A DNA stretch of 63,856 bases, filler included, from Octopus bimaculoides (taxonomy: Eukaryota): the NCBI RefSeq assembly GCF_001194135.2. It is 5 parts of 4 records of this genome, joined end to end, with 100 filler letters (N's around TTAATTAATTAA, not from the genome) between each part and the next. Parts side by side here need not be neighbours in the genome. Positions count along the whole stretch, not along the records: positions 1 to 19,332 come from NC_068983.1; 4 more parts are not named here. One strand, 5' to 3'. Both the position numbers and the translations under genes were made by a program. The notes beneath the pieces are model-generated. The model did no database searches, was not told where the DNA came from, and saw only the letters and a list, made by a program, of their open reading frames with translations. Shown here piece after piece: positions 1 through 11,620 of this stretch (positions are counted from its first letter, which is position 1; every line of letters begins with the position of its first letter).

Positions 1-289
1 TATATATTAATAATAATAAAGGAGTTACGACGCAAAAACGTATAAATTCAAATGAACATATTTATCTTCTTCAATATATATTTCAGTATAAAGAATTCAT
101 TAAGAGACTTAAATCAAAATTTCTTTACACATCATTCAGGAATAAATATAACATCAGAAAAAATACATTCCATTTAAAAACACAAACCGTTCATGGCGAA
201 AAAATTTCACAATTACAAAAACCGAACAAAATTTTTAAAGTTTTAGCAAAAAGAACGCTATTACCTACATACAGGTATCCGCGTGTGCG

Positions 290-561
290 CCCGTACACAC
301 ACGCGCACACACGTTCATGCGCGCACACACGTTCATGCACGCACACGCGTGCACTCTCACATGTATATGTATGCATACACAAACAAGCAAAGTTCACAAG
401 TCATAAACACAAATATATATACATACATACAAATATACATACATATATATATATACACATACATACAAATATATATACATATATACACATATATATACAC
501 ACACATACACACAAACATATATCACCATCATTTAGCGACCATTGTCCATGCTGGCATGGAT

Positions 562-592
<31 letters not shown>
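290..592. repeat. Compound (CA)n/(TA)n/(CATA)n microsatellite
   Basis: Direct inspection; it generates the overlapping HT/YI-rich ORFs. Confidence 0.9.
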
Positions 593-593
<1 letters not shown>

Positions 594-625
594 CTAGCAG
601 AGAGATACCCGGCCTTACTCGGGAT
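593..625 (-). mobile_element. Helitron-like 3' terminus (GC hairpin then CTAG)
   Basis: Minus strand reads cccg-agtaaggc-cggg hairpin, then tatctctctg-CTAG|T, the canonical Helitron 3' end layout. Confidence 0.55.
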
Positions 626-647
626 TAAAAAGGCATGGTTTTTTTAT

Positions 648-903
648 TGTTTTACTTGTTTTAGTCATGTGACTGTGGCCATGCTGGGGCACCACCATTG
701 GATGAACAAATTGACCACAGAATTTATTCTTCATAAGCCTAGTACTTCCTGTATCAGTATCTTTTGTGGAACCGCTAAGTTATGAGAATGTAAACACAAC
801 ATTAGTTGTCAAGCAATCATGGAGGTACAAACACACACGCGCAGAAATATACATATATATACAATAGTCTTCTTTCACTTTTCGTGTACAAAATCCACTC
901 AAG
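648..903 (-). mobile_element. SINE family A, 3' body and tail
   Basis: Matches tail ggtgccccagcatggccacagtcacatgactaaaacaagtaaa and the body of the other family A copies in the window. Confidence 0.85.
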
Positions 904-904
904 T

Positions 905-1735
905 TAGAGTGCTAAAACCACATATGTTTTGTGTTTTGACAAAATAACACGGGTTATCCAATTTGAGGACTAAAATTCCTTTTGCATGAGTGATATGGTG
1001 GATAAGAAGTCCTGACTTTTTAAGTAAGTTGAGGCTCACATGAGAATATCCCCTGTCTTAAAAGACTGATATAAGATCTTGAACCTTCTATAAGAGTTAA
1101 GGTTCATGTAGTAACTTAACTCCGAAGTATTCGCAAGTTAAGAGGAGATATACCGATAAAGTAAATCTTGTATATAAGTAGTAGTTTGTATAAATGTAGT
1201 TTGATTGTCAGTAAGTATATCTATGGTTATGCATAAAATACTGAATAGAAAATGCTTGAGAAATAAAATTCACTTCCCTATTTAAAATCGGAAATGCTGG
1301 GGAATTAAAACAATGAATTGAAATAATAAGTTTTAGCAAATCAAAGTAATGCTAAATAAATTATTGTTAATAAGATGTCTGTTGATAGCCATGAAACATT
1401 TTTCGTCAAATTTTGACATTTGTCAAAGATTTAAAACCTATATTAATGGGTAGGACCAATTTGACAAAAAAATTAGCAGAGTCTGGTAGTGAACCTATGT
1501 CGTCATCATTTTTGTGCATGTGCGTAAAATGGCGAAATTTTAAGCTTTGGGGCAGATTTCATGAAATTGATGTCACGACCTCTTGTGCGCAAAATGCCTA
1601 AATTGTGTTTGAGAAATAAAATGCACTTACCTATTTAAAACCTGAAATGCAGGGGAATTAAAACAACGAATTGAAATACTAAGTTTTAGAAAATCAAAAC
1701 AATTCGTATTGAAATGAAGAATTAGCAAATGAGTA
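905..1735. repeat. Unclassified repeat, possibly the Helitron-like body, with a 90-bp internal direct repeat
   Basis: 1256-1345 and 1609-1698 are similar copies (ttgagaaataaaat.cactt.cctatttaaaa...aaatcaaa). Confidence 0.4.
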
Positions 1736-2490
1736 ATCTCATGTCTTCCTGAGTCTACCTCTTCCACAGGTTCCCTCCACTCATAGGGTGTGACACTTCT
1801 CCACACAGCTGTCCTCATCCATATGCATCACATGACCATACCAGCNNNNNNNNNNNNNNNNNNNNNNNNNNNNNNNNNNNNNNNNNNNNNNNNNNNNNNN
1901 NNNNNNNNNNNNNNNNNNNNNNNNNNNNNNNNNNNNNNNNNNNNNNNNNNNNNNNNNNNNNNNNNNNNNNNNNNNNNNNNNNNNNNNNNNNNNNNNNNNN
2001 NNNNNNNNNNNNACACTTCTCCACACAGCTGTCCTCATCCATATGCATCACATGACCATACCAGCACAATCGTTTGTCTTGCACACCACATCTGATGCTT
2101 TTATGTTCAACTTTTCTCTCAAGGTGCTTACACTCTGCCATGTATGCACACTGACATTACACATCCAGTGGAGCATACTAGCTGCATTTCTTTCAAGCCT
2201 ACGCAGGCTATTTTTATTCTAGCAGCTACGCTCTCAAAGCATCCACTCTTGCTATTGACTTGGTCACCTATGTAACAGAAGCTATCAACTACTTCTAGTT
2301 TTTTCCCCTCATAATATGTGATGGAACCTGTTTTCTGCACATCTTCAGTGTTTATTGCACCTGTGCATCTCCCACACACAAAAACTATCTTGCCAGTTAA
2401 TATTCCTTTAATATTGCTGCACCTCTTATGTGTCCATAGTTTACACCAGGTACATCTTATGGAGTTTCTATCCATTCCTTTTCTACAGAT
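1735..2490 (-). mobile_element. RTE-clade LINE fragment (RT C-terminal region), decayed
   Basis: Translation SIRCGVQDKRLCWYGHVMHMDEDSCVEKC and DSFCYIGDQV (RL.W.GHV.RM and F.YLG motifs); homologous to 18132-19331. Confidence 0.9.
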
Positions 2491-3219
2491 CGAGTAGGGT
2501 CATCTACCTGAAGGGATTTGTGATTTGTCCGCCTTCCTACACACACACAAACACACACACCTTTTTATTTATATAAAAGTATGTTATAATCTTCACAGAA
2601 TCAATAACAATGATTTGAGGAAAAGAAATTTTAAATCAATGTTACATATGTTTCAGTGAATGAATGCCATTTATTTCACATTACATCCAAAGCAATGCAA
2701 CTCATGTGTAATGTGAATTACATAACTCAAATATGAGATAAATGACGTTCACTCACTGCAATGTAGGTAACACTGACTTGACCTCTGTTACAATTTCACT
2801 CAGTTAAAATCATTGATATTCACTTGTGAGGATTACTTATAATATGATTATAGTATAAGATATTCGTTCTGTGAGGATTATAATATACTTATTTGATATA
2901 CATGCCTTGGGTTTGTGATGTGCTCCTTTAATAATTCACTGAAGTATGACAAGTTACTCTTTGGTTAATTAAAAGGTGTGACTTTTACGTGGTTATTTGA
3001 ACACTATTGCTAGCCAGGTTCCAGTAAGATGTACTGCTCAGGTGATCACTTGGATTTTAATTATTCCCTCAATTATTATCATCATTATTGTTTTATATAT
3101 TAGACAGACAGATAGATAGACTGACAGGCAGGCAGGCAGGCAGATAGACAGGCAGGAAGACAGACAGATAGATAAATAGATAATAGATAGATAGATATAT
3201 GATGATGATGATGATGATT

Positions 3220-3376
3220 GCAGGAGTGGCTGTGTAATAAGAAGCTTACTTCCCAACCCCATGGTTCCGGGTTCAGTCCTACTGTGTGGCACCTTGGGCA
3301 AATGTCTTCTACTATAGCCTCGGGCTGACCAAAGCCTTGTGAGTGGATTTAGTTGATGGAAACTGAAAGAGACCTG

Positions 3377-3433
<57 letters not shown>

Positions 3434-3458
3434 ACCATCATTTGACACTGATGTTGGG
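3220..3458 (+). mobile_element. SINE family A, tRNA-derived head and (GT)n middle
   Basis: gcaggagtggctgtgtaataag...ggttccgggttcagtcc...ccttgggcaaatgtcttctactatagcc; A/B-box-like motifs. Confidence 0.9.
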
Positions 3459-3489
3459 AATATCTTCTGTGGCTGAAAGGAAAAAAAAA

Positions 3490-3875
3490 ACAATCTTGAT
3501 GGTCAGACATTCTCAGAAGAGTCAAGTTTGTCCAGTAAGTCCAGGGCATCATTAACATGAATCCTGACAAGTCAAGGAAGACCATTGGCAATCATCTCTA
3601 TGAGTCATAGTCAACGATTAGACATTTAGTGCATGAAGACATGAGGTACAAATCCTGTGATATGAAAAAAAGACAGTTCATGTGCACTAAGACCCAAGAG
3701 ATCTGTGTGATTCAATCAAAGTAGTTACTCAACAAACTCCAAGGAGTCCAATATGCTCTGATTCTTCTCAAACAAGAACTTTGTCCAAGGTCAGGATGAA
3801 TGATAGACAGCTCTATGCCAACCCCCACTGAAGTCCCGAATTTTATGTGCACCAAGCTCCCAGAAATATACACAG
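3490..3875 (+). mobile_element. Tc1/mariner superfamily (maT/DD37D-like) transposase remnant
   Basis: Frameshifted translation includes RHLVHEDMRYKS, FFSNKNFVQ and PTEVPNFMCTKLP, resembling the FFSDEKNF and PTEVP..M.TKFP motifs. Confidence 0.7.
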
Positions 3876-4045
3876 TAATATATGCATACATGTGCAAGTA
3901 CATAACATTACAGAAGTACTCATACATCTAACCAAATGTGCAGATTATTAAATCTCTCCATATAGCAGGAAGGGGATGTGATTGAGAGTTGTCAGTACAA
4001 GGGTTACACATGTCCAAAGATTTGACATCTTGAATATGTAATTTC

Positions 4046-4088
<43 letters not shown>

Positions 4089-4089
<1 letters not shown>

Positions 4090-4242
4090 GATGGGCTTCT
4101 TTCAGTTACCATGCACTCACAAGGTTTTGGTTAGCTAAAGGCAATAGTAGAAGACACTTGCTCAAGGGGCAACACAGTAGAACTGATCCCAGAGCCATGT
4201 GTTTGGGAAGCAAGCTTCTTACCACACAGCCATGCTTGTGCC
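4089..4242 (-). mobile_element. SINE family A head
   Basis: Reverse complement of the family A head. Confidence 0.85.
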
Positions 4243-4246
4243 TATA

Positions 4247-4760
4247 CACGAGGTGGTATCAAAAAGTTCCTGAACTAGTTCTGTAGTGCCCCAACAGATG
4301 GCAGCACATAGTTGCATGTGCAGTGAGAGCAGCAGTGACCTTCATGAGGCAGTGTGCTGAGGGACACCACTGTTTACTTTGCAAGTTGTGAAATTTGTAT
4401 TTTTGTGATCATGTCTTCGGTTTTTTCATTATGGACAGGAAGCTGGAACAAAAAGCAAACATGAAACTTTGTGTTAAAATTGGGAAGTCTTCATGATGAC
4501 AATGCACCCTGCCACTGACCTCTCCTCACTTGTGAGTTTCTCATCAAAAACAACATATCGCTTCTGCACCTGCCCTATTCACCCGATTTAGCACATGCAG
4601 ACTTCCATCTCTTCCCCAAGATGAAAATGCAGCTCAAAGGTCACTGTTTTAACACTGTTATTGAGATCCAGAGTAAATTGCAGACTCACTCATGGAAAAC
4701 AATTTCCAGAGCAGATTCAAGGAATAGGAATGTAGCACAAGTGAATCCAAAGGTTACTAA
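4247..4760 (+). mobile_element. Internally deleted mariner element
   Basis: TA then cacgaggtggtatcaaaaagttcc TIR-like start; EQKANMKLCVKIGKS joined to HDDNAPCH...LPYSPDLAHADFHLFPKMKMQLKG. Confidence 0.9.
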
Positions 4761-5422
4761 TAAAGAATTAAAGATTTTAAGGTTATTATGTTATGAAAAT
4801 ATCACAGCAGCAGGATTCCACAAGATAATAATGTATGTTATAAAAGACTAAACAAACAGAAATTTATTTAGCTCCGATCAAATGTTGATCTTGCATTTAC
4901 ATTAATTAAGAAAGCTACTCACCTGGTTGCTCAATTTTTCTCTCATTGACAACTTGCACATCTTCACACAGTAATGTGTTATATCTTCTGTCTATTATCT
5001 TGTTAATACAACAGATTCACCTATTTCAAACCTACTGAGCATTTCCTGTCTACTACCACTCAAACTAACTCAATTCCCCACTGAATAATACCTATAGTTC
5101 TTTATTTAGAAGACTATTTTGCATGAATTCCCACTAAATATCAACTTCTGCAACTTTTAGACACCCGTTTCACTTGTGCTCCCCCATTTACTCTATCAGT
5201 TATGCTCCCTACTTTTGAGGTATTGAAATTAAAAATATATGGGGTATTGAAATTTTAAAAAAACACCAACAGTAATAATTGTTATATTTTCAGTATTATT
5301 AGCAACACTGACTGAACTATTGGTAACGCTTCAATCATAAAGGTTAAAAAACCAGTTTGTTACTAGTTTCGTTTTTGCATTTGGTTTGCAAGAGTATTGG
5401 TGAGAGTTCATGTGTTGAAACA

Positions 5423-5792
5423 AATCTTGTTGTATCTTGGAAGGGTCATTACACCAATAGCAATAAACACACGCACTGGTTGAATATTACTGCTTTATTG
5501 TTAGTCAATAGGTTAAATATCTAACCAGCTAATTGATTGTTTGTTTAATGTTCTGGTTAAACAATGAAAGTCTGAAGAGAGAGGACAAGTCATTGAGACG
5601 GTCATGAATAGCAGTGAAAGGACTTTGAAAAACAAATAACCAATTGACTGTTTAGCTAGCTCATTAAACAAACAATCAGTTAGTTAGCTGTTTAGATATT
5701 TAACTAATTGACAAACAATAAAGAAGTGGAATTGAACCAGTGCATGTGTTATTATTATTGGTGTAATGACCTTCACAAGACACAACAAGATT
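5423..5792. mobile_element. Fold-back element (about 130-bp inverted arms) with a decayed hammerhead-like core in the spacer
   Basis: Arms 5423-5550 and 5662-5792 are diverged reverse complements; spacer has CTGAAGAG...GAGACGGTC at 5572-5603. Confidence 0.65.
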
Positions 5793-5974
5793 ATTACTAG
5801 TTATTGTTATAATAATTATATTTATTTTAACAGCCATAACCATAATACTGCTTATTACAATTAGTGTAAATAAGATATTTGTCAGTAATTTATTAATCAA
5901 ATAAAAAGCTTTACAGTTACAATTTAAATTGATATTTTGGGCCCACAGCTATAGTAGAATACATTTGCCCAAGA

Positions 5975-6170
5975 TACCATTCAAGTGTTTTTTTACCATA
6001 GCCTAGGATTGACCAAAGCCTTGCAAATAAGTTTGGTTACCAGAAACTGAAAGAAACCAGTTGTGTATGTATGCATATTCATATCTGTGTGCGTGTATGC
6101 GTGTGTATGTGTGTGTGTATGCATATTCATATCTGTGTATGTGTATGTGTGTGTATGCATATTCATATCT

Positions 6171-6222
<52 letters not shown>
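5975..6222 (+). mobile_element. SINE family A partial head with (GT)-rich microsatellite
   Basis: atagcctaggattgaccaaagccttg...gaaactgaaagaaacc followed by the microsatellite. Confidence 0.7.
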
Positions 6223-6224
<2 letters not shown>

Positions 6225-8168
6225 GGGTGGAGCGAAAAATGCAACTTTCGAAACTGGTAACCAAGAATCAATATTTTGTTGCAAATTAGGGTTAAAAGAA
6301 ATGTGTGTAAAGAACTTTGCAGTTAAATATTTTGTTCAGGCTCCACAATGCAATTGAAAATTTTTTTAAATCGCTATTTTTGGTCGAATTTTGAATTTCA
6401 TGGATTATAAGTCATAACAAATATACATTTCTACATAGCAGAATGCTAAACAGTAAATATAGTATCCTTAAGAGGTTGCATACCAAGTTTGAATACAATT
6501 AACTAATATCTTGAGGTTCTGCACTGACTATAAAGAGAACAGGAAGGTGAACTTCTCTCCAGTGCCGCTACAACAGTCGTTATGTGTTGGCGTATGTTGT
6601 ACATGCGTGAAGTTTTCTGCTTTGTACCTTGACTTTAGGCCATTGTATTAAAATTAATGATCGTGTTAAATTTAGCCTTGTTTACATTTAGTGATGACTC
6701 ATAAGCTAATAACAGGTTATGATATTGAATGCCGAATATTTGGTACTCCATGTGATCTTTGCAAGTGAGTTTTGCCAACTTACAAAGATGTACTAAAATG
6801 TGTTTAATTTGAATGAGAAAAAGAAAAGAATGTATTTAAGAAAGATCCTTCAAGTAAACAAATTGTAAAGATTGTAGCAGTAAAGATAATTCTTCTTTGG
6901 CAAAAGGCATCCATCCCTTGTGTTACAATTGAGTCAGTTAAACCAAAAATCTTAAACTTATATCTAAAGTACCAAGCATTACTAAAATCTGTGAAAAATA
7001 GGAAAAATGTGCCATTGTTTCAAAGGAAGTGTAATGTGTTTAAAAACAATGCAGCAAAAGGTTTATTTGACATTTTCTGTTGCAAGTGCAACTCGTTCAA
7101 AAACTGCAATTGTAGTAGAGACAAAGAAGTACCATAGAGAGAATAAGATTTTCTACAGGATTAACAGACAAATTGAAAAATGATCATTGGCAGAATAGAT
7201 CAATCAGTATCTAAACAGAACGTTCAGAGGCTGATTAGAAAAAATCAGCCATATTACAGCCACCCCTCTACATCAGCAAGGGAAAGTTTAAGATTTTCGG
7301 TTTAATTGACTCAATCGTAACACAAAGGATGGATGCCTTTTGTCAAAGAAGAATTATCTTTTCTGCTACAATCTTAACAGTTTGCTTAATTCATTTTAAT
7401 GTGTGCATAATCTAGACTTCATGTAACACATATATTCGATGACCTGGTATTAAAAATAACAAGAGCACTCAGAAAGCGCAAACCTCCACCAAGGCAACAT
7501 CAACGTCCTTTCAAAATTACCCGGAGATGATTTTTAAAATGAAAATATCTGAAATAACCTCAAATGAACCCGACTGCTCTCAAAAATTAAGTAAAAAAGC
7601 CGGAAAAATAATCCCGAATCCTTAACCAGTACAAGATTGCTCCCAAAATCTAATCAGTTAATGCCAGTCATGCCAAACATCCCTGAAAGTTTCATCCAAA
7701 TCCATCTAGCGGTTCTTGAGATATCTTGTCCACAAACAAACAAGCAAACAAACAAACACAGCTGAAAACAATAACTCCGCCTTACATTAGGCAGAGGTAA
7801 TAAAGAAAACAAAGTTGAAAAGTCTATTTATTTCACATAATTTCAAAATTTTAAGTGCATTGCGGAGCCTAAAGGTATAAATTTTAGAGCTTCAGATTTC
7901 AACATTCTTGTTTTTAATAAATTTTACAAAAGAAAATTAATTCGTAACAATGAATGCAAAAAAATAAAATGAGGAACAGCAAACATATTATAAATTGATT
8001 TTTCACTCATTATTCAAAATTTCAAGTGGACTACGGAGCCTGAAGATGTAAATTTAAGAACTTCCGGTTTTAAAACAGTTGTTTTTAAAGGATTTTGCAA
8101 TAAAAAATATATTCGTAAAAACATATTTGGAAAATCTGTGTAAAAAGTACCTTTTTTGCTCCACCCTA
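6223..8168 (+). mobile_element. hAT (hATm-like) DNA transposon, internally deleted
   Basis: TIRs TAGGGTGGAGC(G/A)AAAAA at both ends; decayed ORF near 6780-7200 reads LWQKASIP...LFDIFCCKCNSFKNCNCSRDKEVP..E.DFLQD....KMIIGRID. Confidence 0.8.
7458..7802 (+). mobile_element. Helentron-associated/DINE-1-like non-autonomous element nested in the hAT
   Basis: Starts aacaagag, has a cctccacc/ggcagagg subterminal inverted motif, an (AAAC)n tract and a 3' stem-loop ctccgcc-ttacatta-ggcagag. Confidence 0.6.
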
Positions 8169-8182
8169 ATATACATATATAT

Positions 8183-8530
8183 CATCATCATCATCATCGT
8201 CATCATTTAACGTCTGGTTTCCATGCTGGCATGGGTTGGATGGTTTGACGAAACTGACCAGCTGAAGGGTTGTTCAGACTCCATGTCTGTTTTGGCATGA
8301 TTTCTATGGCTGAAGGCCCTTCCAAACATCAACCACTTTACAGAGTGTACTGGGTACTTTTACGCAGCACTGGCACAGGTCTTTTTTGCACAGCACTAGC
8401 ACTTACAAGCCCACAAGAGAAGGGATGCTCAGCTGGTGGGGTTGCAAAGGACAAGCCTGTATGCAAGGGCAACCACGCTTTTACTTAGCTTGAAATGTCT
8501 TTTCAAGCACAACATCTATTTTCCATGCTG
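8183..8530 (-). mobile_element. RTE LINE 3' UTR and (GAT)n tail
   Basis: catcatcat...tttaacgtc..tttccatgctggcatgggttgga, shared with 17614 and 18132. Confidence 0.8.
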
Positions 8531-8531
8531 G

Positions 8532-9282
8532 TAAGGTGCATTCCAAGGTTTTGAGACTTTCTTAGAAAAAGTAGTTATAAATGTCCAAGATTACTGTAAT
8601 TTTAGTGTATCATTACTATACATCTAATAAGCCAACCTGTCAATTCTTGTTGCTCCATTGAAGGAGATACCTGTAAGAGCACTTTGAAAACACACCCTAC
8701 CAAACACTGCTTGTCACATCTGACTAGTTTGCAGAATGCAGTCAGGACATTTAAAAACTTTCTACACAATAAAGTTTTGTATCAAACTGGAAAAATAATA
8801 TTACAGAAACTTACATTAGAGCTGGTTGAGAAAATTCACAGTTTTCTGAATGAAGACTGCCATATATCTCTATAAAAACAATAGACATTCAGTTTGAAGT
8901 TGGTGTCACAATTGTACACAATTGTTTATGAAGATCTAAACATATACAAAAATTCATGCAAAGTTTATTTCCAGGGTGCTCAGTGATGAGAATCCTGGCA
9001 ACCAACTACTTGATAGAGATGGGCATTGAAACTGTCCCTTACTCTCCCTACAGTCCAGACCTTGTTCTCTGTGATTTTTTGGTTGTTCTCCAGGCTGAAT
9101 GAGAACTTCAAAGGCAGTCCGTTTTGAAGGTAAAGAATGCTGTGACAAGGGTCCTGGACACCTTCACTTTGGGAAATTTCCATGGAGCCATCACAAAGTG
9201 GCTGAAGTGCTACAAGTGCATGAAAGTCAGAGGATCCTATGTCTCTCCTGAAACAGTCTAAAAACTTCTGGGATGCACCTTG
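8532..9282 (+). mobile_element. Internally deleted mariner element with both TIRs
   Basis: Left aaggtgcattccaaggttttgagact and right agtctaaaaacttctgggatgcaccttg followed by TA; remnants FLNED..IS, KIHAKF, GIETVPYSPYSPDL.LCDF. Confidence 0.85.
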
Positions 9283-9284
9283 TA

Positions 9285-9520
9285 CATCATCAGCATCAAA
9301 AGCGGAAGCATTTAGCATCTGTCTTCCATGCTACCAAGGGTGGAGAGTTTGACAGGAGCTAGTAAATGAGAGAACTGCACCAAATTCCACTGCTTGTTTT
9401 GATTTGATTTCTATGGCTGGATGCCAACCACTTTACAGAGTGAGCTGGGCACTTTTTTACATGGCACCAGCACCAGTGAGGTCACCAAGGAGCCTGCAAA
9501 ACAAAGATCCTTTGAAAGTG
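9285..9520 (-). mobile_element. RTE LINE 3' UTR fragment, decayed
   Basis: ttctatggctggatgccaaccactttacagagtg...ggcaccagcaccagtgaggtcacc, homologous to the other RTE tails. Confidence 0.7.
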
Positions 9521-10297
9521 GGTCAATATTGAAGCAAGTGGCTTTGTGCTCGGTGATCAGATGTTAGAGTATGACAGAGGAACTGAAACAAGTAAAGGAG
9601 ATACATGGTTACCCCAGTCAGAAAGAGAGAAAGAGAGGGGGAGGAGAGAGAGCAAGAATGAGAAAGAGTGAGAGTAAGAGGGAGCAAGCAAGAGAGAGAA
9701 CAAGACTGAAAATGAGTGAGAGAGATGGTGACAATGTGCCAGTGCATGCTTCTAAGGTACAAGAATGAGAATATAAATGGGATGGTAAACGACTGTCCAG
9801 GGTGCATGAGTAGGGAGTTCACATGAATGCAAAGGGGTGGGGCAGAGTAATACAGTGAATGGTGAAACCTGGTAATGTAGAGAGGATGACAACAGGATAG
9901 CAATGATACAGTTGGCAGGGCAGAAAGGACAGAATTGGGCTGCAGGAGTGGGGAGGGAAAGGAAAGTATGGTGCATGAAGAAGAGATGCATTTTGGTTTA
10001 CTGGGATGTGAAAAACTTAATGTTATATGCGGGTGGAACACAGCACTTCCAGAACTCACACACACACATTGCTAAGTGATTAGGCTATATGTGTGTGTGG
10101 CTAAGTGGTTAGTGTTTCAATTCCTGGATCAGATGGTACTTGAACAGGTCATATATATATATATATATANNNNNNNNNNNNNNNNNNNNNNNNNNNNNNN
10201 NNNNNNNNNNNNNNNNNNNNNNNNNNNNNNNNNNNNNNNNNNNNNNNNNNNNNNNNNNNNNNNNNNNNNNNNNNNNNNNNNNNNNNNATATACATAC

Positions 10298-10685
10298 AGG
10301 CAGAGGCGTGGATGTGTGTTAAGAAGCTTGCTTCCCAACCACTTGGTTCCAGGTTCATTCCCACTGCGTAGCACCTTGGGCAAGTGTCTCCTGCTATAGC
10401 CTTGGGCCAACCAAAGCCTTGTGAGTGGATTTAGTAGATGGAAACTGAAAGAAGCCCATTGCATGTGTGTGTGTGTGTGTCTCTGTGTCTGTCCTTGACC
10501 TCCATTTCATCACTTGACAACCAATGCTGGTGTGTTCACATCCCTGTAACTTAGTGGTTTAGCAAAAGAGACTGATAGAATAAGTGCCTAGCTTACAAAG
10601 AATAAGTTATGTGGTTAATATCTTTGACTAAAAGGTGGCACTCCAGCATGGCTGTAGTTAAATGACTGAAACAAATAAAAGAAAT
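10298..10685 (+). mobile_element. SINE family A, full length
   Basis: Head, (GT)n, body and ctccagcatggctgtagttaaatgactgaaacaaataaaag tail. Confidence 0.9.
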
Positions 10686-10732
10686 AATATATATATAACA
10701 TACATACACATATTCTTTATTCTTATAATTGG

Positions 10733-10919
10733 AGCACTGCCTTGAATTTTTAGTCAACTGAATTGAGCCCAGTACTTCTTTTTTTCTTTTTAAGAAGTGG
10801 TGCTTATTCTGCCAGTCTCTTTTATTGAACTGCTGAGTTACAGGGACACAAACACACCAACACCAGTTGTCAAGCAGTGGTGGGGAGACAAACACAGACA
10901 TAAAGACACACACACATAG

Positions 10920-10956
<37 letters not shown>

Positions 10957-11117
10957 ACAGGCTTTTTTCAGTTTCCATCTACCAAATCCACTCACAAGGC
11001 TTTGGTCAGCCCAAGGCTATTGTAAAAGACACTTGCCCAAGGTGTCACACAGTGGGACTGAACCTGGAACCATGTGATTGGGAAGAAAGTGTCTTACCAC
11101 ACACCCACATCTACGCC
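10733..11117 (-). mobile_element. SINE family A, near full length
   Basis: Reverse complement of family A from tail remnant ggagcactgcc to head. Confidence 0.9.
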
Positions 11118-11149
11118 AATGTATAAAATACTACTCATATCAAGAAAAC

Positions 11150-11620
11150 ATCATCAGCCCATATGCCCACTTAGTCGTGAGCAGCTCACTAATACCAAGG
11201 ATCACATCCTTAACATAGCCAAGACCACATCCTAATGACTGGCCTTTCTCTTTAAACCCCAACAATTATTGATGCCCTACAAAGCTCAAGTGAGGACCAA
11301 AATGGATTATTGCACTCACATCTGGTACAGCGATACTTCTGCACACACAGGCATCATAAACTACATCCATTCAACAGATTGGCATGAAGTTACTAACAGA
11401 TACACTCCGACCTCTAACTCACCAATTGCACTATCTCTTCTTTCTAGCTTTCCCAGATCGCTGGCCCTTTGAAATTCACCCCCTACTCCTACCTTTCAGA
11501 TGTCAACAGACAATGGTTCAATAGGAACATTAATGGTATTAATCTAACCACTTTAGGAGAGCCTGCAAATGCCATAGGCACAACTTATTTCACCAGACCC
11601 AGCAAACAGAAGAAAAAAAA
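11150..11620 (+). mobile_element. Non-LTR retrotransposon 3' end (I/Jockey-like)
   Basis: KDHILNIAKT..., YKAQVRTKMDYCTHIW (RT thumb-region motif YK.QVRP.MEY..H.W), ending in an A-rich tail. Confidence 0.7.

Noticed and set aside
283-785. HT/YI/CV-repeat ORFs here and at many other loci, plus all X-filled ORFs
   Set aside because: Dinucleotide microsatellite and N-gap read-through.
1793-2065. 53-bp direct repeat on both sides of a gap (1793-1845, 2013-2065)
   Set aside because: Exact duplication flanking Ns in an otherwise decayed RTE: unmerged contig overlap.
4917-4990. Perfect minus-strand donor CAG|GTGAGT at about 4923 with a short open frame (RRYNTLLCEDVQVVNERKIEQP)
   Set aside because: No pyrimidine-rich acceptor, stops just upstream in all frames, and one such 9-mer is plausible by chance.
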